Source: Paraspadella gotoi (taxonomy: Eukaryota > Animalia > Chaetognatha). From it: a DNA stretch of 64,000 nucleotides. The notes under the pieces are model-generated. The model ran no database searches. It worked only from the letters and a program-made list of their open reading frames with translations, and had not been told where the DNA came from. Both the position numbers and the translations under genes were made by a program. The first letter of the stretch is position 1. The number at the start of each line of letters is the position of its first letter. This document shows positions 51,966 through 64,000 of this stretch, in pieces. Where the stretch lies: assembly GCA_051294375.1 (NCBI GenBank), contig CM119267.1, forward strand, positions 12,533,081-12,597,080, given 5' to 3'.

Positions 51966-52811
51966 AAAAAAACGGTAAGTCACAGCCAAACCTATAAAAG
52001 CGTAGTAGTTTTATATATGAAAACAGCGTGACGGACGACGACGGACGACGACGACGACTACGTCACAAAGAAGCAACCCTAAAACATTATAGAGCCTGAC
52101 CCGGCTTCGCGGTCAAGGCTCGATAAAAAACGGTAAGTCAGAGCCAAACCTATAAAAGCGTAGTAGTTTTTATATGGAAAAACAGCGTGACGGACACGAC
52201 GACGACGACGACGTCACAAAGANNNNNNNNNNNNNNNNNNNNNNNNNGACTATCATCATGGCTTGATCCTTATGCTTTTAAGATTTTCTCTTCCTCGTTC
52301 TAACATTCTTCTTCTCTTATTCTATTTCCTCCTCTATTCTTCCTTCTTCCATTTTCCTTCCTTTTTCATATCATTTCTTATTTCCTATCTCCCTTTCCCC
52401 CTTCGTTTCCCTTTTCCCCGGTTTAGCCAATGTCTTCCCTTTCTTTCTCTTTCAAACATTTCTCTCTTTATTTCTTCATATTTTTTTCTCCTTTTCTTCT
52501 TTCCTTTATTAGCCTCCTTTTCCTCTCATTCTTACCCAAGTTTTATTTATTCCAGCTTCCTTTTTTCACTTTTTTTCACTCTCGGGATCACAGTACTTCA
52601 TTAGATACTATGTCCTTCGAAGATTGGGGGAAATTGGATTTCGCTAGCAGAGGGGGGTAACGCGTTTTTTTGTTTCCTTTGCCTTCCTTTTGGTGCTTAG
52701 CATAACAATGAGGAAATCAGTGGGAAAAGTTACTTCACAGCATTTCCGTCCTCGTTAGTAAATTAGTACTTCATCGTAGCGTTAAAAACGCCCACGCTAT
52801 AGGGAAGCGGG

Positions 52812-52844
<33 letters not shown>

Positions 52845-52990
52845 GCGCGCTTTTTCAAGAGCGGTGTCAATAGCGCGCCGATTTTTAAATCAGCGAAGAA
52901 TTTCAGCAGATTCAAAATAGAAAAGGGGAAAACATTTATTCCGATTTAAATTGGCGGGATATGAAGGAAGGAGGAAGAAAGTAAGAGAGA

Positions 52991-53032
<42 letters not shown>

Positions 53033-53523
53033 AAAAGTTAGAGTTTTTTCTTAAATAATCATTTTTATATTGGTTGTACCAATTTCATAGATAATAGAAT
53101 ATAAAAAGAAAGTAAACGCAGGCAAACAAATGGCCAATTCAAAAAATAATTTCGTAATGTGATCTTTTTATAGATTTGCATAAAATTTTAGGTTTCTCAC
53201 ATTATGGCTCCAATCGAGAAATTTTTTCCTAGTCAAATTATCACTTAAAAAAGGTAAATTACTTTTACAGAATGGATGACTGTAAAATTTTTACCTAAGT
53301 GGCAATAACCTTGGGGTCATCCAAAACGCGGAAAGCAAACACAGGTAAAGAAAAGAAAGTAAACAAAAAATTTGCGAACCAATAAGTCACCACATATTTT
53401 TTTTTTCCGGTTTAAGACGTCAACCCATCGGCACCGCTACTACTAGCACTCCCTCTTTTAGAACGGTGCCGAGTGCCGAGAGTCGAGAGCGCAAGCAGAA
53501 TTAGGAGGATGAGAAAATAGGGG

Positions 53524-53579
<56 letters not shown>

Positions 53580-53721
53580 GAGAGAGAGATTAGAGGGCGA
53601 GACGGAAGAGCGAATCGGGTCGTTGGCATATTTTGAGGAGAGAGGGTGGATTTACTCTTTTCGCCAGAATTTTAAGGAAGGAAGGCTGCTGAGATTGGGT
53701 GATAGATAGATAGATAGATAG

Positions 53722-53753
<32 letters not shown>

Positions 53754-53754
53754 T

Positions 53755-53788
<34 letters not shown>

Positions 53789-54164
53789 CAGAGAGAGACA
53801 ATCAATGATGGGAGAATGTTTTTTAATTTTCGCAGTAGGCTATATTTATTTATAGTACTACCCTTATAAAAACGTAAAATTTCAAAATAGGCTTTTCTTA
53901 ATTTTGATGGCAGATTTGAATTTCTCGTCAAAAGTTGATATAAGAAAATTCATACAATTTTTAAAAATTTTCCAAAAATTTAAAAAACTATATTTAACAC
54001 AAACCAACTTTTTATAACGTATATATCTGTAAAAAAATCTTTCAAAAAACCATTTAAAATTTTTAACATTTATAGGGTTAGTACTAGTAGGTATAAATAT
54101 AGCCTAGTGCGTAAATTTCAATATTTATAAAACAATTTTGTTTGACATTTTGCTATTTAAAATA

Positions 54165-54350
54165 GTTTAGAGATGAAACGAAAAAATCTTTGGAATAGCA
54201 ATTTTTATTTTTATTATTGAACATGTTTCGACTCTTAGTGGTACGAGTCTTCATCAGCAAGTTAAAACTCGTACCACTAAGAGTCGAAACATGTTCAATA
54301 ATAAAAATAAAAATTGCTATTCCAACGATTTTTTCGTTTCATCTCTAAAC
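54165..54350. repeat. Near-perfect 84-bp-arm palindrome made of inverted PLE pLTR ends with a hammerhead motif (54219-54259, minus)
   Basis: Arms 54165-54248 and 54267-54350. Minus strand CUGAUGA-AGACUC..GAGUC-GAAACAUGUU. Direct repeat AAACAATTTTGTT at 54130-54142 and 54347-54359. Confidence 0.85.
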
Positions 54351-54685
54351 AATTTTGTTATACATTAATGTTCATTAGTACAACGTTGTTTATTTCTCAC
54401 TTTTAGAATTTTTACTAGGCTTTACCCAGAACGCCTCATCCCTCCTCTCCTTTCTTTCTCATAAATCAAATTTCAGCGCCTTTTTTTCCTTTTTCAGTTT
54501 CGCCGTGGTTGTCGCCTTTTCCAACTTCATTAATTTTATACCATGGATTGTTTACGTTTTATAACTTGTTTTGGTTTTCGCGATCTTTATATTTGTCTTA
54601 GTGTTCGAATTTTATTACAATTTTAGTTACATACTTATTTAATTTTATATGTATATTTTTTACATCTCTTAAAATTCTTGTCAAC

Positions 54686-54731
<46 letters not shown>

Positions 54732-57700
54732 TTATTTTACTTTTCTCCGCCTTTCATTCCTCCAATCTTGTCCTTTTTTTTCATTCATCAGCTTCTTTTC
54801 TGTCGTCTTCCTTCTATCCTCCTCCTCTTCCTCCTCCTCCTCCTCCTCCTCACAATCCAGAAATCAGATTTCTTTGCTTTCTCTCTTTCTCTCCCTCTCT
54901 CTCTCTCACCCGCGTAGAAGTTCATAAGATTTTGTTTACCAAAAAAAAAAAAATTGTTCTCCCTATTTTTATCCTCCTCTTTCTCTCTCTCTTTTCTCTC
55001 TGTTTACTTCCGTCTTGTTTTGAATGAAAAGCACCATAAACTGGGACCCGGCAGAACATTTTCGGATTGAAAAGGGAATGAATGGCTTCATCTCTCTACG
55101 AGCTTGGAATGCCGGGGGTAAGGGGGGCGGAGAGAGGTGTATGGGGGTGGAGGTGTGAAGGGTGAGGCACCGAGAAGGGGTAAGGGTCGAAGGAAGAATT
55201 GACAATGAAAGCTGCTCCGATCAAACTTTCGCTTTGAACCATCATTTTCTTTATTAAAAAAAAAGAGTGAGCAAAACGCGCGAGGTGAGGAAAGTTAAAA
55301 CAATTATGGGGCTTACCTGTTTTAGGTGAGTTTCGTGATGACGGAGTCGAAATTTCCGCAAAAAAAACAAGCAGGAAGCAGAAAAAGGGAAAAAAGAAAG
55401 GAGAGAAAAAAAGATAAAAATTTATATTGTTGCTAAAAAAAAACGAAAATCCAAAATTATGTTTTCTCGTTTTCGCGTGTTTGTTATCGTTTGTATTAAA
55501 CCTTTAAAACAGGAACAAACACGGTTACTAATTCGGTGTTATCTGAAATTTTTAAACTCGCTTTTTGAATATGACACGTTTAAATTTTCCGCAAGCTTCT
55601 CGTTGTTTGAAATCCCTGAACTTAATTTTAACCAAAAAAATTTACTTTAAGCTCGTACAAAATGCTCAACCCTAATTCTTAACCCAAATCCCTAACCCTA
55701 ATCTTTAACCAAATCCCTACCCAAATTCCTAAATTAACCCCTAACTCTAATCCCTAATACTAAACCTTATCCCTAACCCCAATCCTAATACTAAACCCTA
55801 TCCCTAACCCATATCCTAATACTAAACCCTATCCCTAACCCCTATCCTAATACAAAACCATATCTCTAACCCCTGTCCTAATATTTAAACTTAAAAACTT
55901 ATTTAATTACGAATTTAATGAAATGTGTCGATTTGAAAAAATATGACCGAGTTTCGAACCCGATTTTTCAATCCGACACAAGGTTTAGAATTTGCACCCA
56001 GTCGTCGCAATCTTGTCAAACTTCCAAAAACGATATTCTTTTATTTACATTCGGAACTTGGTCCCCATCGGCTGGGGGGACGGGGGAAAGGGCGCGCCGG
56101 CAATTTTCCCCGAGAGGAAGGTTTTTTCTTTCTAATCGAACGCCTTCCGCAATAAAGCGGCTTTCCCGTGTTTACAGTCCACCGCTTTTAGGCCTCGTTA
56201 GTTTTAAGGGGCGACGCAGTAACTCGCTTTCGGTTCAGCCTACAATCGGAGTCTTTTAGACAACGAAATCTGAACTTCAAAAATTAACATATTTCTTGAT
56301 TCTATTGGTTAGTATGAAGCTCACTTCATTTAAAAAAACGGTAGTCTTAAGTTATCTCCTTCTTATCACTTGGAACTTTCCATGTTAATTTCTCCTAGTT
56401 AAAAATACGGTAAGACATTATTTCTTCAATGATTGTCAATCTAATCTCATTAACTGCTTAATTTTAGAAATAAGTATGCTTGAATTTTTATGGTACAGAT
56501 TATTTTTAAAGATCGAATTCCTCTTAAGAATCTTTCACTTACATAAAAGTTTTTAAGCAAAACGCCTTCTTATCTGTTACAATTTTTTTTCTTTCATACG
56601 CTTTTCCTGATTATTTTTCTTCACCTCTTTTCTTTTCTTTCTTTATATTTTTCTCTTCCTCTTTCTTCCCTTACTTCTCATGCTGTCAATTACCATTTTT
56701 TTAGCCCCTACCTATTTCTGCCACTCTTGCACTTTTCTTTTTTTGTCTTTCTCCCTCTCTTTCAATCTCTCCCCTTCTCATTTTCTTGTTCTCCCTTTTC
56801 TGTTTTTTCTCACAACGTTTACATTGAGCCAAATAAAAAAAAAATCTTTATATGCATTATAAGAAAGAAAATTAACGGTAACAGAGGATTTCAATTTTGG
56901 TTTCCTAGCAGATTTAGTAAATCGACAGATTTTGCAAAAAATATTTTTGCAAAATCTGTTGATTCTGAGAAAAAACAAGTCCTGGCGCTTTCCATAGGAT
57001 TAAAATGATGCGGTTTTTTTTTGTTTTATAATGAAAATATTCTCTTTATCAAAAATAAATGCAAGTCATAAAAAGTCACAAATTAAAAGTCGTCTTTAAA
57101 AATTATTTGTGGCTAAAAAGTTTTTTTTATAATTTTGTAGGTGTTAAAAGCTTATTCAATAAGCTATATTTTCTGTTAATTTAAACTAATTTTAATTATT
57201 TTTGTTTAACAAATCACTATAAAGACTGTAACTGCAACTTTTGACTTGTTAACTTTAAAATTAATTCATAGGCAAACTGTAAATGATTTAAGGAAATAAA
57301 TTTACCCAGAGGTAAAAAAGATAAGGAAGAACGGAATTCCAAAGTAAAAAAAATTTTTCAACTTTCGTTGGCATTCAAATCAGAAGTTGAAAGTAAAAAT
57401 GGACAAAAATGGACATAATTTTTTTTCCTAAAAGTTGCCAAAATGGTACTATTTTATCATTAGAAACGGGTGGAGATGTTTCTAACCAATCCTTAGTTCG
57501 GCCCAATTTGTGTTGAGGCACAAAGTTAATCAATATTTTAAGTAACAACTGAACAATATAGGAAAGAGTCGTTTTTTTCCTGAATGCAACATTTGTAAGC
57601 GGAACCTTTCGCCGACAGACGGAGAGGGTACATGGATTCCACCGGTATTTTTTTTTCCTGCAAACCTCGCCCGAATGACATACCTTCACCTTTCCTCTCC

Positions 57701-60700
57701 ATTTCCAATTTGTTACTCCATATCTTTCTTTTTTTTAAATTTTTTTTCTTTTTCGTGTAACTTTTGCCTTTTTTTTTCTTTCTTTTTCTTTCTTTCTTTT
57801 CCTTTTCTTTCCTTTTTTCATTTCTTTCATTTCCTTTTCTTTCCTTTCAATACGTACCTATCCTTTCTTTCATTTTTTTTCCTTCATCTTCCAATCATTC
57901 CAACCGCCAGCCTGGGGTGGGCTGTTCCTCTTGCTCCCAAACAATTTTTATATGCGGAAACCAAACAGAGTAAACGATTGACGTTGGCGAAGCGTGCTAG
58001 TCAAAGCGACAAAAGAAAATAAAAAATACCTTTTTTTATTTACTTCTTACTTCTTTCAGATGTAAACATACTCCATAGTAATAAAAACCTAAACATGCCT
58101 TTACTCTTTTAACCCTGGTAAGACTGAAAGAAACAATGATTAAAACATGAAAAATTCCCACCGAAACTCAAGTTTCGAAGTCTCAAGAAATCGCGACAGG
58201 ACTCAAAATCAGCGTTTATCGATTTCCTCTCTGTTTTATCAGTATTTTGCTTCTCGTTAATTCGATATATTCTAACTCCATTCTTGATATCAGAAACAGA
58301 CGTCGTCTCTTGCATTCCTGCAATTGGCTTTTGAAAAAATTGATTCATTGAAAATGCGCATGGAAAGAAAAAAGGTTTGACGCTTATTCGTTTTTGATCT
58401 TCCCTACATGGTGACAATTATAAAACTGCCGCTAAAAAAAAATATGCTATTTCCAAACCCATGAAGATTTTTTCAATGTTAAATATGAATTTTAAAGTAA
58501 AAAACAAAACTATTTATGTATACAAATTTTATATGAATCGACTTGATATGCCTCAGCAAAGATAGCTGGAAGATATATTTGAAAATCGTCTGAGATTTTT
58601 AAACTCACTGTTTTTAGATTTAATTTTTTTCTCTTACTTTCAGTAAGTTTTCTGAAAAAAATTTTTAAAAAATAATATTAATATTATTATTTTCTGAAAG
58701 CCCTTGTAAATCTGAAGAGAACCGACCCAGCTTTAATTTAATTAGGATAGTTAAAAACGAGATATCTTTCCAAAAATCAATACTGGGACTTCAGTCTAGA
58801 GTGATTCGAAAAAACTAGTAATATAATCGAAACAAAGTGGAGGTTGTAGAATTTTTTCATACTAATAGAAAAATACTTGACTTTTTTCCCACCAATTCGT
58901 AACATTCTCCCTAGGATAGTTGTCGGTTCTTCGCGGAATCCTGTCCATTGTCATCATTTCAGACAAACCTGTCAGTGGTCAACCTGCTAAAGGCTGTCAG
59001 TCACTGACAAAGATTATGTCAGAGATTATGTCAGAAATTATGTTCTCATCTTTTTCTAATGAGGAAAACGTTACCTTTATTCACCAAATATTTCAAATGT
59101 ATGATCTCTTAGATTAAATAAAAATGAATGGCGAAGTACATTTCAGGTGGCCCAACTTGAGCTAGAAAAGGCAAAAGTGATTGGAAGAATTTGGTGACAG
59201 TCACGTATTTGATTGTCTGCTTGACCACAAGTTTATCGCTCATAATAATGCATTTGCCACCGCAGGGTGCGCTACAATCAATTCGAAATTGTATCAAATT
59301 CAAATGGAACAAAAATGAACGTGCATAATTCGCCCTCTCCCCTTTGTGTATCCTCAACACTGCAGGTGCTAAAAAGAGTGATGACTGAGAGTTTATCAGT
59401 CCTTTATTTACTGTGATTGTTAATCAGAGGTTTCTATGTCATTTTGTCTTAGTCTGACAAAAAATTAAGCTACCATGACAAAATTTAACTCTGAGTGATG
59501 CGGTTTAATCCTGCTATCATTCTGCTTCATTATTTAGTTACAAAGGAAAAAAAAAACAAAAAAAAACAATAGGTTGTGCCATTCATAAAGTTCAGTTCAG
59601 TTCAGTTCAAATGATCATACATAATTTATAATAAAATCAAAGCTGACAAAAACCAGTAATAGTGGCAACAGTAAAATGGTTACTGATAATATGTGGTAAA
59701 AATATACTAAAAAATAAATTAATGGCATTAAAGATGTCAAGACAGTGAAATTGTAAAAAGAAAGAAAAAGCAGATTAATCAATTCCTACTCTCAATCCCC
59801 ACCACCATCCCTTAATCCCCAAATCCCCCAATCCTCATCCTCAATCCCCAACACCAAACTTTATCAATTATGGCAGCAGTGTGAAACAACATGTTGTGAT
59901 TGTGTGAAAAGTAAAAATATACTTAAAGATGGAGCTCTTGGAGCTTCTTTAGTTTCTTCTACTATGGAAAAAAGACAACCTGAATGATTGGCAAGTTGAT
60001 TGACCAGTTGATTATTTGCAAACTGACAGATTCTAATCTTAAAAGGCACTGTAGCGACAAAAGCATAAACATATGGTTTTAAATGGCTTTTCCCCCAGCG
60101 ATGAACGCTCATTTAAGGAAGAGTCAATATATAATTAGAACTAGAACAAGAAAATGAGAATTTTAAGTCTCGCCAAAAAAATTGAAAAACACGAAAAAAC
60201 TAACTCTACTCCTCCCAACTAATCACTTCTTCACCTCCTTGATGCTGGGAAAATCGCCATTGTAATAATTCATTCCTCCTCAATAGTAGAAGTGACTTTT
60301 AGCAATCAGAACATGAAGTTGAACCTTAGACACTGCAAATTATAATAATCATCAATATCATCTCACAAATGAACTGAAACTAATCACCAATGTTAATCAC
60401 CACTCCGCCCCATCGTCTAGTTTTTTATGTTCTCCCCCTCACCCACATCGCCGAATTATCACCACAACCAAATACAAACTTTAATCACCTTGCTTCAAAT
60501 ATCATCGCCAACCCCACCTGTTTCTTAATAAGATTGTGACCCCCCTTCAATTTGATTTGTTTATATGATGACCTGTACCCCTCACCCAAACCCATTCTCT
60601 TCTTTATCCCCTCCTCACATTCACAATTTCAGCACGGTGAGGCACTCTCACTACGTACCAGCACGATGACGTCTCACGCCATTCAAGGCCTGATACGCCA

Positions 60701-61192
60701 TCTTGACCCAAGAGAGGGGCCCAGTATATAAAGTGATAGACAGACGCGGGTCTATTACCCCCTCCTTCTCATTCACCTCCTTTTCATCCTCCTCCCAGGG
60801 ATTCGGGGCCGCGTTCACGAGATTCAGTTCACCTTTCTCTCTTCTCCTACTAGTTTCTCTCCCTCTTTTACCCTCATGATTGTCGCCGTATAGATTTTCC
60901 TGCCGTCAATATATATTTTCCCGCATTCTCGTGACTTTACTTCCGGTTAGGATACCTTTTCAGAGGTTGCTATGTTATAAACATTTTCCTCAGAGGGTAA
61001 ATTTCTGAAGAACCATAATTTTTACTTTAAAAGTGAATCTTACCATCCACCTAGATATATTTCTTTCATTTGGAGTATTTATCGTATTAAGTAATATAAA
61101 ATTGATGTATCTAATTAGTTCAGAGAGCCGGTCTTCATTAAAAGGGACGGACTGACAAGTCGATTATTGAGTCTCTCTCTTCTCTCTCTCTC

Positions 61193-61241
<49 letters not shown>

Positions 61242-61789
61242 ATTATCTCGTAACGACCCTTATTCTCTCTTTCGCCATCGCCGCTACACTTCCTTCGCAT
61301 GAGAAAGGACTCGTCATCAGCAGAATGTTGTTCTATTCTCTCTCTCTCTCTCTCTCTCCTCTCTCTCTTTCTCTCTCTCTTTCTTTCTCCCTCTCTCTCT
61401 CTCTCTCTTGGCCAGATGAGTCTTTGCTCATAGTTAATTAAGAAAGCATGAAACGGTCAGGAACTGCTTTTCATACACAATATTCTTTTTTTCCCTAAAA
61501 AATCAAACTCATCAACTTAAGGTTTAAGTCAAAGAAAGATTTTTAAAAAAATTATATCCTGGACGATATATTATATTATGTAAACACTATTGAATATATC
61601 ATTTTCCACGGTCAATTTCGACAATTGTAAAATCGAAAATTGATTCACTCTGCCCAAAATATTGACATCGTCTTGTATTATGGTCAATGTTCTGAAGAAA
61701 AAAAAAAAAAACAATTTCGTCTCGAAATCCCTGTCTACTTACTTATTTGTTGTGACAGGAGTGGATTCGACACACCACGTCTCCACGAA

Positions 61790-62210
61790 GAGGAACCAGC
61801 CTTATCCCACCAAGAACCATGCCACCCTTCGAGAAGATAGACCTACCTCCCGCCCCGACAATCCCGCCCGCCAAGGCAGGATGGAAAAAAGAGGCTGCGG
61901 CCCCAACCACGAGCGCCGCGCTAACTAGAGACGGTAGCAGCAACGCAGCAAACCTTGAGTTCCACACTTTCGAACTCACCGGCTACCTTCAGGAACACTG
62001 CCAATCGGGCAAGGAGCAGGCGGAGGTTACCCTCCAAGAGCTCAAAATCATCAAATCTACATAACAGGCAAGAAATTGCCGATCTCAAAGGCCGCGTCTA
62101 GGACTGCGAGGCCAACCTTGGATCAAAAATCGACGAGCTTCGCGGGATGATGCAACAAATGATGACCCAGGTCAGCAACAACAATCAGCGTCAACGAAAG
62201 GCTCATAGGT
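61790..62210 (+). pseudogene. Disrupted coiled-coil ORF, possibly a retroelement ORF1/gag remnant
   Basis: ORF 61819-62064 continues after a stop/frameshift as EIADLKGRV*DCEANLGSKIDELRGMMQQMM; no diagnostic motif. Confidence 0.3.
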
Positions 62211-63201
62211 CTTTCCCGAGCCCAATCTTGAAAGATTGTGAAAAAAAGCTGGGGTTTCGTAGGAGCATATTGGTAACTAGTAAGGGTTAACAACTTGCCT
62301 TACCTTTCGCCTTACCCCTTACCTTTCTAGTCTTCAATCTATCCTTGATAACTCGTCACTAAACTCTCGAGGGAAAAAAGAAACGCCTCCTTGAAAGAAA
62401 ATTTCCGACCACCCAGTTTCCCTCTCGAATCATCACAGCGATACTATTTCCTCTCGAAATATTCCTTCTTTTATTTTCTCAAATCTCGTTTAATCTCAGC
62501 CCCCTCCCCCCACTGCTCAAGTGCTCATATACTCTCGTCCCCCATAATGACTTACCTTACTTCACCCTCCCCACCCCACCGCCCCTCTCTCCGCCTCGCA
62601 GCAGCCGAGCGTCAGGCGGAATCGCGTCTTTGGAAATAAATCTGGGATTAAGTTTACTAAAACTCAATTAAGTTAACGATCCTCCTGTTTCATTCTCGCG
62701 CTAACGAATCTCATTCAAAGACTTCGGGAAAAAAAAAGAACAACTTCTTCTCCCTCTGGGAGATTACGGCCGACGCATGCGCACGAGCGTTTCTTTTTTC
62801 TTTTGGCCGATAATCGATAATCGATAATAGAAATCATCGTAAACAAGTAACCAAACCTACATGTAAATCGATGAAATTTCTCATTGTCTCTTTTGCGAAG
62901 AACACATATTTAAAAAAAAACAAAAACAAATGTTTCCATTTGTGTCTCAAAAGTCTAGTTACTTATTCGTATTATAAATTAAATATTCCACAGCTTTAAC
63001 TGGATCATTAACTCAATCTTTTCATAAATAATGTGAACCAAACGTCTATTAATAAAAAAAAAAAAAAAAAAGAAAAAGAAAATTGCGGAAGAAAAAATCG
63101 GAGGACGAAAAGAATTCGCGATGCAATTTCTTTTTTCTTTTTCTTTTTTTTCCTCCTAACCCTTATGAATATGAAACTCTCGACCAACCGGAGAGCAACC
63201 G

Positions 63202-63292
<91 letters not shown>

Positions 63293-64000
63293 CGGTTATC
63301 TCCAAGCCTTTTCCCTCTCATTGATCCGAGCGCGGAAAATGGTTTTCATTTTTGTCTGGAATCATTCTTCGGAAATTTCCGCGCGTGGTCATTATGTCGA
63401 CGTGAAGGGGCGAGGGGGAGTGAAAATGGTTGCGGGGGGAGGCCAGACGGTGGCGGGGGAGGCCAGACGGTGGAGGGGGGAGGCCAGACGTGGCGGGGGA
63501 GGCCAGACGCCGACGCAGAACGCTGTGGTGAATAACGTAACGTTTAAGTAGATTTAAAAATTACAAAGATTCGTAAAAATATTTTATTTTTAAATTACCT
63601 TCGAACTATTATCGCTTCTCTTTCTCTCCCCTAGATGCGTCACATTTCTTTTGTTAAAGGGGTGGTTTGTTTGTTATCCTTAATTAATTAGTAGTAGAAG
63701 CTCGCCTATATGCCTTCTCATATTCTGACATGATAAGAATAACAATATCTTTTAAGAGAAAATAATAATCACTTGGGTAACTTTCATACTTTTAGTCGGA
63801 TCTGCTTATCAGCAGATTCCGACTCTAAATTCACTTTGTCGGTCCGTCGGTCCGCCCCCTCAATCTTGTCGGGCATTAATTTAAATATGTCAGGACATCA
63901 AGTTATGATAAATTATGCAAAAAAAATGCTGTCTGTCCGTCCGTCTGTCCGTCCCCCCTTAGCAATAAACTCCAATCACTCGTGATTGAATGGTTGGATA

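Noticed and set aside
56058-56075. miR-133-like TTGGTCCCC
   Set aside because: Only the seed region matches and there is no clear precursor hairpin.
58109-60112. Minus-strand ORFs of 82-102 aa
   Set aside because: No recognisable motif or consistent splice chain.

Overview
This is eukaryotic (animal-type) genomic DNA, not prokaryotic. It is AT-rich, with abundant (AG)n microsatellites, short spliceosomal introns, CpG-rich exons and six N gaps. One well-supported protein-coding gene is present: a 26-exon minus-strand gene (about 14365 to 3422, about 1212 aa after correcting one apparent 1-nt indel). It encodes a 12-TM Dispatched/Patched-family RND protein with a C-type lectin domain inserted in its second extracellular loop. 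From about 15 kb to 64 kb I found no credible gene, only repeats: Penelope-like element fragments with about 11 minimal type I hammerhead motifs, hAT and other MITEs with 8-bp TSDs, a Tc1/mariner remnant, (GTCY)n Helentron/DINE-like repeats and satellites. The most unusual signal is eight dispersed copies of a circularly permuted (type P5) twister ribozyme motif with covarying pseudoknots and a loop-less palindromic P1. Six lie in 235-285 bp LTR-like units with tRNA-like A/B boxes. Three of these have exact 4-bp TSDs, and one is part of an LTR-PBS-internal-LTR element, i.e. a candidate twister-bearing LTR retrozyme. All calls were made by eye, without database searches or folding software.
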